Below are positions 38,901-51,000 of a stretch of 64,000 nucleotides of DNA, in pieces (position 1 is the first letter of the stretch; each line of letters begins with the position of its first letter). The stretch covers positions 22,816,001 through 22,880,000 of the forward strand of contig NC_082731.1 in the NCBI RefSeq assembly GCF_030144855.1, in the 5' to 3' direction. Made by a program: the position numbers and the translations under genes. This DNA comes from Hypanus sabinus (lineage: Eukaryota). The notes under the pieces are model-generated. The model worked only from the letters and a program-made list of their open reading frames with translations. It had not been told where the DNA came from and did no database searches.

Positions 38901-39239
38901 AACATGATGTTTTGCCAACGGGAACATAAAATATGTTTTCCTGTAAAGAAATCTATGGGGCAGGACTATCGAATACGGTAATTCAACAACTTTTGCACTT
39001 TAATGCGAGATATGAAAATAGATGTGCTGCCGGAGGCAGTAAAGTTAGGGTCTTTTAAGAGGCTTCTGTATAGATATATGGAGTTTCGAAAAATAGATGT
39101 TATAGATTACCCGAAATAACCTGTACTGCACGACCTGTTTGTTCTTTAATATGCTATTCTGGGATGATGGTGCGAAGATTCAGTTCGTTTATTTATACAT
39201 GTTATCTCGAGTTATACATTTGTTTGTATGTATATTAGT

Positions 39240-41790
39240 GTATCAGTCCAACTGCAACCGGAGAGGAAGATGATCTCCTCCCCCGTTGGTCTGAGACTTG
39301 TCGGGGTTCACTTTTTGGGTCATGCTGCCTGATCTTTTTGTGTCTATCACAATAAAACTGTTGTTGAGTAAAGGAGCTTCCTTGTCTGTAATTATGGAGC
39401 AAATGCTCGGCACATTGGTGTCAGCAGTGGGATGCGAGATCGCCAAGGAGATTATAAAGCTACGTCGGTGGATAGAGTGTCTTTAGACCCGGGGAAAGTG
39501 CAATATGTCTCCCCCGCACCAATGGATTGTACTTGTGAATTTAGATCCGGAGGCGAACTTGAGATCCGAGCCTTACCAGTGAGCACCAACGGACAGAGCG
39601 TGACAAGGTTCCCTAACCTCCGCAAGGACCTGCACCGCGGAACCCAGGAAGCGGTAGTCATGGGAGGATGGGCACCATGGCAGACTTTGCCGCAGCAAGG
39701 AAGTTAAAAGAGCGTCCACGAAGTGTGCTTCGAAGTCTGTCATGACGCTCCCCAGATACAACAGGACCAGCCGCCTGGAGCCATACATGGCGCAATTTAA
39801 ACATGCTGTATGGCACAACGTGTATAGCCCCAGCAAGACGGCGGTGCACCTTGCTCAAGCGCTAGAAACAGATGCCCTGCTGGTTCTCCTCGAGCTAAGG
39901 CCACCGGAGCAGCGTTACTAAAGGGCCCTTATAATGGCGCTGGAGCGGATTTTCGTGCAGAGTCCATGAGCGGAAGCAATGAGTGAATAATTATGCAGCA
40001 AATGTCGCCGTATGGAGGAAAACCTGGGGGAAGTGGTAGCTGACTTCCGCCACTGTGCTCGGCGTGTCTACACCGTGTTCCTTCCCGCGACCCAGGAAGA
40101 GGTTGCTCTCGACGCCTTTGTAAAGGCGTTGATGCCCAATCGCCTTTGGCAGCATGATCACCTGACGTCGCCGTCATCGTTGGAAATGGTGCTACCCGAG
40201 GCGGACAGAGAATAACCTTAGTAGATCTTAGCCTCCATCGCCCCCCCCCCCAAAAAAAAAGTATTCCAGCATCGCCCGGCACGGAACGAACCCGGGCTTT
40301 TGTTATCGAGGCGGAAGGAGAAACTGACAAAGAGGAGCCCATGAGACATGTGCAACCAGCGCCACGCCGACCTCACCTTTGTCTACGAAGGATCTCTACT
40401 ACCGGTGCGGTAAGGAAGTTCATTTCGCCCGGAAATGCTCCGCAACGGCATAAGGCCACAGCTCAGAGCAGCCATTGCGAAATTGGGTGAGGATTAAGGA
40501 TCATACGTCGACTGCATGCTGTAGGACATCAAATGCTGTGCGTTGGAGGACACCGGGTCAACCATCAGCATCATCCGTTCAGGCACAAACCATATTCGCC
40601 TGGGTGAACAACGGCGGCAGTCCAGCAGTGGCGGTCATCGGTAACAGTGCGCCAATGTGGAAGAAGAGCGGGTTTCGCATCACAGTGCTGAGAAACGCAG
40701 TGGAGCACGAGGTATGGTTCGCCGACTTTCAAGAGTCTTGAATCCTTGGCCTGGAACAGAGGTACCGCTGGGAGGCCCGTGTGGATGCAACACTCTCCCT
40801 GTTTCGAAAACCGTGGCACTCCGGCAGGGCAGCTTCGGAAACCCGTCCTACATGTTTCCACCAGTTTCACAACCACCGCCAGATTCACAGCAGCCCGTGG
40901 TAGTGCAGCACAACCAGCAGCGGCCCAGTGAAATACAGCTGAAACACGGGCAATCTGCGGTTACAGCGTTTCATGTGACAACCCGCGACGACAGCGACAC
41001 CATGGACCAGCAGTGGTGCGGCGAACAGGTGGGAGATCCGCTGTTGGCCCGGATGAGGGAATGGTTGAGTGTAGGAAGCCCTGGATAGAGAAACGCCCTG
41101 TACTCGCATTAGGAAACGCTGGGGGTCCACGACGGGTTTCTCTTCAGACTGTCCTATGGTGACAGATCCATGCAGCTGATGATCCCCCGGGGTCTCCGTG
41201 CCACGGTGCGGCGGGCGGTGCACGGGCTGGTGGCGGTGGGCCATATCGGAGTTGCAATCATGCTGGGCAATCTGCGTGCACGGTTTTACTGGCTTGGGTA
41301 ATGTTTGTACGCTGCCGCGGCTCTTGCAATTCCCAGAAACGGTTGGGCCGCCAGTGTAGGGTCTCAATACATCAGTACACCGTCGGGGCCTTAGACTAGG
41401 TCTATAGACCCTCCCGGAAGAAATCACTATCTGCCAGGTTTGGAAGCCACTGGAAGCTACCGAAAGATGTTCGATAGCATCTACGACATGTTAAATAGTG
41501 TGCGGTTCCCTGAGAGGCGGAAGGCATTCTTTTTGCTCCGGGAACGTCTGGCATCGTGTCTGACTTTGGTCACCACTAACTTCGCGAGGCTGAAGGAAGG
41601 AAGTGACACTCGAAATGCCCTGCCTCTTGGCTCACACAAACAGGCAGCAGTGTCAACGCCCTTCGGAACTTTTACTCATTGCTTTTGGCTCTGCGCTTGC
41701 CGTGGAGGATTGACCGCTTGGGTGGGAGCAGTGTGACGTTCCGAATGGGAGCGCGGTGGACAGCTGCCTCTGCATTTCTAATGACCAGTA
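39240..41790 (+). mobile_element. Gypsy relic (gag, protease, integrase zinc finger; no RT/RNaseH seen)
   Basis: Gag-like AQFKHAV...AVHLAQALE and ALDAFVKALMP; protease CCALEDTGST; integrase HGLVAVGHIGVAIMLGNLRARFYW. 5' end approximate. Confidence 0.75.
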
Positions 41791-43679
41791 TTGTTTATTC
41801 TTATTCTGTTAAGATGCATTTCTGGGATTATGGTGGGAAGAAGTCGTTTATTACATTTTAGCTGGAGTTACACTGATGTATGCTTATGTATTTGTGGGTC
41901 ACCCTAACTTCAAACGGAGTGTATAATGGTCACCTCCTGGTCGGTTTGAGACGGTGACTGCTCTGAGTGTGTCTATCGCAACAAAAATGTTATTGAGTTT
42001 CAGAGCTTCCCTGATTGACATTATGGTCCGAATGATGGCCGCAATATTATATTTTGAATATGGAAACCAGTTTGAAGTTTGGTTTGTTAAATATATGACC
42101 TCGGATTTCAGCTGTAGCGATTCTTCGAATTAACACTTGTAATTGCTTATCTTGTAAGAATTGGATCCAAGGACATAAGACAAGCTGATTCATTACACCA
42201 TGTTGTGCAGAACCTGAATTTTCAATTTTGTGCTATTGTCTTGTTTCTAATTTATCACAAAGAAACTGAATGTGTATGTAGCCTATATTTTTTTTTCTCT
42301 CAATTCATAAGGGTACGCGAACATTCCTTGTTTCTGAGATCGATTTGTACAGCCATAATAATAAACGTGCTCAGTGTATTTTTTGGAGTTCGAAACCCAT
42401 TGTCGGAGCCTCCACTGAATATAGTTGCCTTTACCTCGATATTCCTGTATATTTTAATTAGGTTTAAATAGCATCAAATTTCCTCAGCAGTTTATTGTCT
42501 CAAGCAATTGGGTGAAGAGGTCAGATCCCTTTAGATACGGGATGCTGAGGAACTTCGGAGAAAATGACATTCTTTGAGAATATGAGTTTTGAAATGCATT
42601 TTGAAATACAGCATTAGATTCTTTTCATTAAATTGGAAGAAGTCGCCTAAATACAAAGCCACCAAAACCTAAACCTGAAATGGAAAAGTAAAAACAGTAG
42701 ATCCTTCTCACCCCCTCACACTATTTGCCATTGAGTGATTCCATCCCAAAATTCAACATGACGGGTTGCTAGATGTTCCTGTTATGGAAATAGCATTGTT
42801 TGGCACGGCCGCTGAGTGACATAGAGTGCGGCAGCTGCGACGATAAATGCCATTGTCTCATCTCAATTTCGTAAACTAGTTTTTCTTGTATGAACATGTT
42901 TCCCCATTTGGTGCCGTGAGTACAAGGAAGGCTTCACCTCCCGTGGAAGAGGAGCAGTCACATCCTATGGACCATTACACCGGGTATAATGGTGCACACC
43001 TGGTCACACAGCCAGAGAGTACAGTCTTCTGAGCAGTAACAGGGCATTGCGATCCCCTATGGAATGTCAGGTACATGATGGTACGACGATTCACGGTAAC
43101 CGAAGAGGAAATGGTACGGAATGCAGATGTTGGCGAACGCAACGTCAGTATGCAGACATACATGATTAGAAATGACCAATGAAATAGTTATAGTTGGCTC
43201 AAAGAGCAAACTCATTTTGCGGAGGTCACGAAATGAAAACGAAAACGGGTGAGAGCGTATTAGATGAGCTTTGTTTCATTTTCAACAAGCGCGGGAAATA
43301 GTGCAGGAATGCAACTGGAACAGATTGGACCTTTCGTGATACAAACATTTCTGTTATTTATGAATGACCCGAAGTAGCACACTGATTTATATTCATGTTG
43401 AAAACAAGGGAAGGCCAAAGAAAACGCCGGGTGGCGTTTTAATCTTTGCTTTGAGTGATTTCTTTTTTTAGACCTGAAGGGATGGCCGCTGATATACAGC
43501 TTTTCCTGTCTGGATTACTTCCTGGAGGGGCACAACACAGTGTCTCATGTATCCCTGGGAATAAAGAGCACTCTGACAAGTATTTGAGTCAGGTACTGAT
43601 ACGGTTGAAATAGCAATTTCCAGGCACCGTTCTGATTTGCGATCAAGGACCCTATGCAGGAGGACAGTCAACAGCTGTA

Positions 43680-44710
43680 CGCCTTTATGTATAATGAACA
43701 ATAATATTCCTGGACGAGGGAGCCCCAGGGCTATACTGACCGGCCAGCGATAGATGCAGCTGCCGTATACTTCAGTGCTGCCTTCCACACGTGCAATTTT
43801 ATAATACGTGTCTACGTATATGACGCAACTGATCCATCCATGAGCCGAACTGGAGTACGAATTATAATCGTCTGACGAATCTCTATTTTAGGCACAATAT
43901 TTCCTATTCCAAATGCAGACATTCCGGATGACTGGTGGTTTGTGCAGGATGTGTGAGATGACACTTAGATAGTACAGCCCAATTCTCCGGTTATATCGAG
44001 CATAAATGTCATTTTGGCGGTTCGGCTATCTGAACCTAGATGGTGCACGGTGATTCATCTCTACTCCACCGTTTTCTAAATCCTTCCCCGCCAGAACAGT
44101 CAATACCTGTGCGCCATTACGTACTATGAACAATGATATACCTGGCCGAATCTGTCTGAGGGAAATACTGACCAGTCAGCGATACATGCAGCTACGGTAT
44201 AATTCACTGCCGTCAGCTGCACGTGTGTTTTTATAATATGTCTCTACGGATCTGATGCAACCTGTACTCTACTCATCCATTCATGAGCCGAAACTGGAGT
44301 ACGAATGATAAACCGTCTGAAGCATCTTTATTTTAGACACAACATTTCCCATTCCAAATGCAGGCAGTCTGGATGACTGGTGGTTTGCGCAATATGCGCA
44401 GATTTAAGCTAGATAGCACAGCTTATTTCTCGGGTTATAGCGAACATAGTTGCCATTTTGACTGTTCTGCTTTCTGCATTACGCTGATATACGGTGAATC
44501 ATCTCAACTCCAACATTTTCTAAGAAATTTCGCAAAAGAAGAGTCAATACAAGTGCGCCTTTACATATTATGAACCATAATATATCTGGACAAAATTGTG
44601 TCAGGGCAACGTTGACCAACCAGCGATGTGTGCAGCTGCCATACTTTTCACTGCTGCTAGTAACACGTATCATTTTGTACTACTCCTCTACATAAAAGAC
44701 CATCCAGTTC
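43680..44710. repeat. About 440-bp tandem repeat, 2.3 units (1.3 units at 6576-7190 in copy A)
   Basis: Anchor CGCC(T/A)TTA recurs at 43680, 44112 and 44556; in copy A at 6576 and 7021 (period 445). An internal anchor CCATTCCAAATGC is also repeated. Confidence 0.8.
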
Positions 44711-47700
44711 TTTTCTCATCTATCCATACTGATGAGGATCAAACTACCTTCTTTTAAACACCGTGCACTTTCTTCAGATAACTCATAATGTAACAGTCGC
44801 TATTGATCAGAAAAAGATGTCGTCAGGTGGAGTCCAGCTTTCATGGAGTGTTTCAACGCTAACTACTCCACTCTCGAGTCGGCGGGTCATCAAGACACTG
44901 CACAGGAAATCCTGACTTCCAGATTCACTACTCTCGCCTGCACTATATCCAGAAAGTGGCTCTTTCTGCTTCCTCCCCCAGTAATGTGATCTACTGGTTC
45001 TTGATTTTTTCGTTAAGTTCCAGGGCAGACAGAAACTCTCGTGCTGATTTGTCGTGGAAACTTTGCAGCTGATACCAACGGGGAATAGCCATGTTTGACA
45101 ATCCTGGTCCGTACGCTCACGCACTGGTACTTCATGGCCTTCCTCTTGTAAGCGTCCCCTCATCATACCACACGTTGTACTGTTATCTCCAACAGGATGT
45201 TTGTTTGCTTTGCCTTTGTTTTTGTCGTATTTTGTAGTCGGTCGTAAGATTTCTGCTTTGTACTAACTCAATGAAATGCAGCTTCCTCGCCACATCAACC
45301 TTCATTTACTGTCAATTGGCAGTTTGCAGCAGATTGGATTTAAGTATTTTTTATGGCACTGGTGTTGCCTCGCCTTTAAGAAAATGACTTTGTTGTTTCT
45401 GCTTTACGCCATCTGTTCTTTTTTAATACCTCTGTCGTTCCTGTGTGTCAGGATGGAACAGCGGGACGTCATCTGGTGTTAACAATACTGTCTTGTGTTA
45501 AAGATGTTTTGCATCTTCAGATGCCTTGCGTTCGAGTATCCCGCAGACCACAAAGCTGGCAGTTACTTCTCTCTCATAACCTTGCCGTCAACTGAATAGG
45601 GTAGGGAGACCGTTAAACTGACAGCATTCCTGAAAATAAATGTGAAGGGACCAGCCTGCAAACCCAGTCCAAGTAAATTTACGATTGATAGGATCCCGTT
45701 TCGTCCAGTCGTCCTGTGAGTCCATTAATAATATCCTTGATAAACTTTTTCGTTCCCGCTGTTTCCTACCTCTGCCTGAGCAATGCCACACCTATCCCGT
45801 GTACTTGCCCTCGTCTTTCCAGGAAATTATGGGTAGTCGGGGTCCTGCAGTCTCCGGAATGTTTGCTAATGATACATCCCAATTACTGAAATGTCACTGC
45901 CTTTCCTCTAGTCGAGTTGAGGGTTAACTTTCTCCCCGATCTTTTCTTAGCTCACGCTTGGTTTACTTGCTTATCATTGGAATTCCCTACTGTTAAAACA
46001 GTTCTACACATTTCTACCTTGAACTCCTTCATTAATGATTAAAACGGGAGTTGTAGTTGATCTGTTCATAAGTGGCGACCAACTGAAGAGAAATGTTAGG
46101 AGAATCTCCAGCCTCCTCCTCAAGTGCCTGCTGACTATCCACTTAATGCATTCTGCATTGGCCCCGGGGATCTCGTACAACATCAAAACCAGAGCAGACA
46201 TGGAGCAGAGCATGCAGTTACGGCATGTTGAATGTTTCTCTGTCATTCCAGTTCTGTCGATCTTCTGCAGCAACTCTTCGGTCTGCATTAGTGTGTCAGT
46301 GATTATGACACTGACTCGGAGTGTAGTGTTAAACCGCAATACAAGAGTTTTCACTCTTTGTCCTCAGTCGACGAAAAGTGTCCTCTTCGTACTTGAAAAA
46401 GACACAATATGCCAGTAGCCTAGCCGTTTTTGATCACCGTGCATCTGGACTTCTTGGCTAAGCAGATAGCAACCTGGTCCCCCCAACACAACTAGTTACG
46501 TTGTCCAGGGTTTTCAATATCTATTTTGCGTGGACATAGCTAGCTGTGGTTGTTGTGATGTCATCTGAGAAACCCCATATGCTGGGCTCCAAGAGAAGGT
46601 CGCAGGTTATGTCTGTTGTTGCTAATATGAGGAGACACAAACCAATTAACATCAAGTTGGCGGAGAAGGTGCAGCCGATGGGAGTCCATTTTTGAGTTCT
46701 TCCCACTGCAATATAAGGTGGGCTGAAGTGAAGTTGAATTCTCCCAGGTAACTGATAATCACGTCTTGCCTTACTTTTGTTATATAGTAGTGGGCCAGAC
46801 CAGTCTAGATGAGGATTTGTATTGTTGAACCGTCGGCGCTGGCAAGGTGTAACCAGGTAACTGCTAGCTAACTTTTCATTTGCCGGGCCCGGCGAAGCAA
46901 TTGGCTGATTATCAAAATGTCTTCAAGAAGCACTGAAAAAAAAACAAAAACGGGATTTCACATTTCTGGGTGGAGGTGCTGAAATGGTGCGTCTCTTGTG
47001 AGGGAATTTCGTTTCAGGAAAAAAATGAGACCAAAATGAATTGTAGGGACACGAAATGAGATTTGGAATGCAGATGTATTGTTTTAATAAACGAAAACAA
47101 GTGGCCAAAATGCTCGAGCCAGCAAAACCTAAACCTGAGAAGGAGAAATCAAAATACAGAAATAGAAGTAAGATGCCAACCTTCTCGCAAGCATCGAGAA
47201 GAATATCCTGAGGAGGAGGATTGCTATAAACATGATGATGGCAGAGGAATACTTTTTCCTCGGGGACAAGACATACTTTTAGCGATTCTCTAGCTGAGTG
47301 TGATAAAGCCTTTGGTTCACACTTACTCCACTATCTTCAACAAACTCCGGAGGCGATTCAATAATTCCTTATATAACGTAGCATCTACCGCTTGGCCGAC
47401 AGGCGGCTGATGACTTTGCTGTCTTGCTGATATTCTGGACCTCCTTCTCGTTGTCTCAGCTCCACACAGCACTGTTGCTGGCATTTTTGTCTGCGGGATT
47501 TCTGGATTGAATTCTCGTCCCTGATTCCTACGGCGTTAATTGCTTGATATCCGCTTTTAACTTGTAATCTGCTGGCATCCCTTTGTTTCCATACGAAGAT
47601 ATTCTTTCCACACTGTCTACAAGCAACAATTCTGTCAAATGCATGTCGACTGTGTCGTATTTGCTGCTGTGGCCCAGGTATGGTTGGCAGAACTGGTCGC

Positions 47701-48061
47701 GAGAGGTTGCACTCCATTGGTTTGATATTCATTGATTCGCGTTATCAGCACAGCATCGCATGCAGAAACTGACGATAGCGTACAGTTGCACGTCCAGCAG
47801 GACGGAACATACGTATCTGTGAAGGTGACGTTATCCTATTCCGGTTTGGAAGTAGACAGCAACAGTCGCTGACGATTGAGCAGCTGTTACTGCAAACATT
47901 GAGATGCCTTCAATCATAGGAGCACTTTTCCATGCTGTTTGGCATTCTCGAGGGACGGATTTTAATAAAAATGTCTTGAATCGGGTTTCTCCAGTTGTCA
48001 GGAAATCATTCTGGATAAGACACGCTAATGATCAATTCACAAAACTGAATAAAAGTAGAGA

Positions 48062-51000
48062 TGTGACGGGGATGTGGCAGGAAAACAAGCCCAATTGCAG
48101 GACTCCGACGCTGAGGTAGGATCAGGAGGCAGAATTTCCGTAGCGGGCGTAGAATCGGACCAGGATGTGTCAGGACCTGAGAGATCTGGTTTACGAAGAG
48201 ATACGGTTCTTCTCTCTCTGGGAGTCGAACAACAATCTGGCAAGGGCTGACTGTAGCTGTCGGAGACTTATCCTCTTAGGAACCAGGTGCTGGTGATTGA
48301 GAGGAATTGTGAAAGATTGGGAATCGTGTGGGGATTAAGGACCAATTAGAGTGGAATGGGAAAAGTTGGGAAATGCCAGCCTTGACCATGACAATAATCC
48401 CTCCTCAAGGGGAGCCTCCAGGCGACTTTATCGGCTTGTCGGTATAGACTCGATAAAAGTCCCGGATGAGGGAAGAGTCAAAGATAAAGGAGCGGTGGAC
48501 CCAGGAAAGCTCCTCTGGACCATACACTCATTAATTCACCAACTGCTGGAACCCTCTGCCCCTTCGGCACACATCCAATAAACGTCGGACCGTGTACGCT
48601 GGATGGTTTTCAACGATTCGGGATGGTGGGGGAGAATCGGGCAGTGGTAACAAGGGGATAGCCAAGAATGGTTGAACTTGGGAAATATGGAAGGTAGGGT
48701 GGATGCATAGGCAACTAGGTATCTTGAGTCGGACCGCCGTAGTATTGACAACCCGTTCATCCCTGAACGGTCCTGGGAAGCTAGGAGCGAGTTTTCAATG
48801 CTGATTCTTGAGCGTAATATCTTTGGCGGTCAATCATACCAATGCCCAGGTTGGTACTCCGATGCCGGGGTCCGGTGTACGTCGGCTGTCTCCTTGTAGC
48901 GATCTACTGACCGGGCTGGAGCCGCAGGTGTCTCCTCCCAAATCCTGCGGCACCGGTCTATTTGATCGCAGATGGAATTGTACAGTAATCTCTGCTACCT
49001 GCCCGGGAAAGAATGGGGGCTGGTACCCTGGACTTTCCCACGGTTGAACTCACGAGGGAATTGTGGGTGTACTCGACCTACGGGAGTTGGTCGCTCCAGG
49101 TGTCTGGGTTGTTCTCGGTGAAGCTTCGCAACGTTGCTTCCAGGTCCTTTTTAATCCGCTCCATCTGTCAATTTGTCTGGGTGTGGAAGCCGGATGATAA
49201 GCTGACCGATGCGGCCAACGCTCAGCAGAATACTCTCCACACCTTGGAGACGAATTGCGGACCTCTGTCCGGGACGATGTCGAGGGGGATTCCGTGGAAG
49301 AGAAAGACATGGCGGACAAGGAGGTCAGCGGTCTTTTGGGCCGAGGGGAGTTTCAGTAGGCCTACAAAATGCACAGCGTTCGAAAATCTGTCTGCCACGG
49401 TGAGAATAGTCGTACTTCCGCGGGATTTATGCAATCCTGTGACGAAGACCAGGGCAATGTGCGACCATGGGCGTCAAGGAACAGGCAAGGGGCGAAACAA
49501 TACTTCAGGCGGCTGATGATAGGCCTTTCCCCGGGCACAAGTTGGACATGCCGCGACGTAGGAGCAGTTGTCCTACTCCATGGAGGGCCTCCAAAAATGT
49601 CTTCTCAGGAGTGCCAGGGTTCGATTACCTCCGAGGAGGCAAGCAAATCGAGACACATGCCACCACTGAACGATCTGAGATTGGACGAGTTCCGGCACAT
49701 AGCTGCGGTCGCTGGGACCCTTACCTGGTCCGGGGCCTCCTGTTGCACTTACTTTACCAAGGACTCGATCTCTCAGTGAGGGAGGCCACCACGCAGGAAG
49801 GGGAGATGATCGATTCTGGAACAGAGGTGTGTTCCCTGGAATCATATTGGCAGGAGTGCGCTTTCGACTTTCCGTAACTGGACCCTGGGCGGTAAGTGAT
49901 GGTAAACCTGAATTGCCCAAAGAGTAATGCTCAACGGGCCTGGCGGGAGTTCAGGCGTTTGGCCGTCTGAATATACCATAGGTTTTTGTTATCTGTCCAG
50001 ACGACGAATGGATGCTCTGCACCCTCCAGCCAGTGCCTCTACTCTTCCAACGCCAGCTTGACCGCCAGTAACTCTCGATTTCCCACTTCATAATTCCTTT
50101 CCCCGTGGGACAATCGGCGGGGAAAGGAGGCACAGGTATGAACCGTTTCGCCTGTATCCGACCGTTCGGACAGGACTCTTCCTGCCCCGGAATCTGAAGC
50201 GTCCACCTCCAAGATAAATTGTCGGGACGGATCCGGATGGATCAGTATCTGGGCGTTGTTAAAGTGCCTCTTTAACTTAGTGAATGCTGCTTACGCTTCG
50301 GTGTCCCAAGAAAAGGATGTGAAGGGTGATGTAAGCCAGGTGAGGGGGGCTGCCACCCGAATGTAGTCCCTGATAAAACGGCGGTAGAATATCCCGAATC
50401 AAAGGAACCACTGGGGTTGCTTGCGTGTCGTGGGCTTAGGCCATTGCTCCAATGCATCCATCTTCTAGAGGTCCGCTCTGACCTGCCCGCCTTCGATGAT
50501 GTATCCTCGGAAGCTGACCGAAGGGACATGAAACTCACATTTCTCCGCCTTCACAAACAGATGGTTTCCCCACAGTCTCTGGAAGTCTCCACGGATATGG
50601 CGAATATGTTATTGCAAGCTGCGGAAAATATCATGATGTCGTCTCGATAGACGAATTCGAAACGGTTAATGAAGTCCCTTAACACATCTTTGATGAAGGC
50701 CTGGAAAGCCGTGGGATCATTAGTAAGGCCAAACGGCATTACAAGATATTCAAAATGGCCCAGCGTGGTGTAAAAAGCTGTCTTCCGCTCATCCTAAAAC
50801 CGTTTCCTGACGACGTGGTAGACATTCATAAGGCCCAGCTTGGAAAAGATGGTCATTCCGCGTAGCGGGTCGAAGTCTGAACTAATGAGAGGTACTCGGT
50901 ACTTATTCATAATGGTTATATTGTTAAAGCCTCGATAGTCGATGCATAGGCGAAGCGAGCCATCTTTCCTTTCCATAAAGAAGAACCTGGCGGCCACAGG

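Noticed and set aside
42980-43400. V-like words (HLVTQPESTVF...EC.VHDG) with a CACACTG at about 43378; paralog at about 5905-6300
   Set aside because: No credible splice sites, Cys register off by two, no WYxQ or YxC at proper spacing, no nonamer, and the heptamer is not conserved in copy A.
46020-46050. Walker-B-like PVLIINE on the minus strand
   Set aside because: The paralog reads PVLISSA and no Walker A was found; too short to support an ATPase call.
46504-46521. 2A-like DIENPG on the minus strand
   Set aside because: One residue short of DxExNPGP, ends in Q rather than P, and the paralog has V instead of D.
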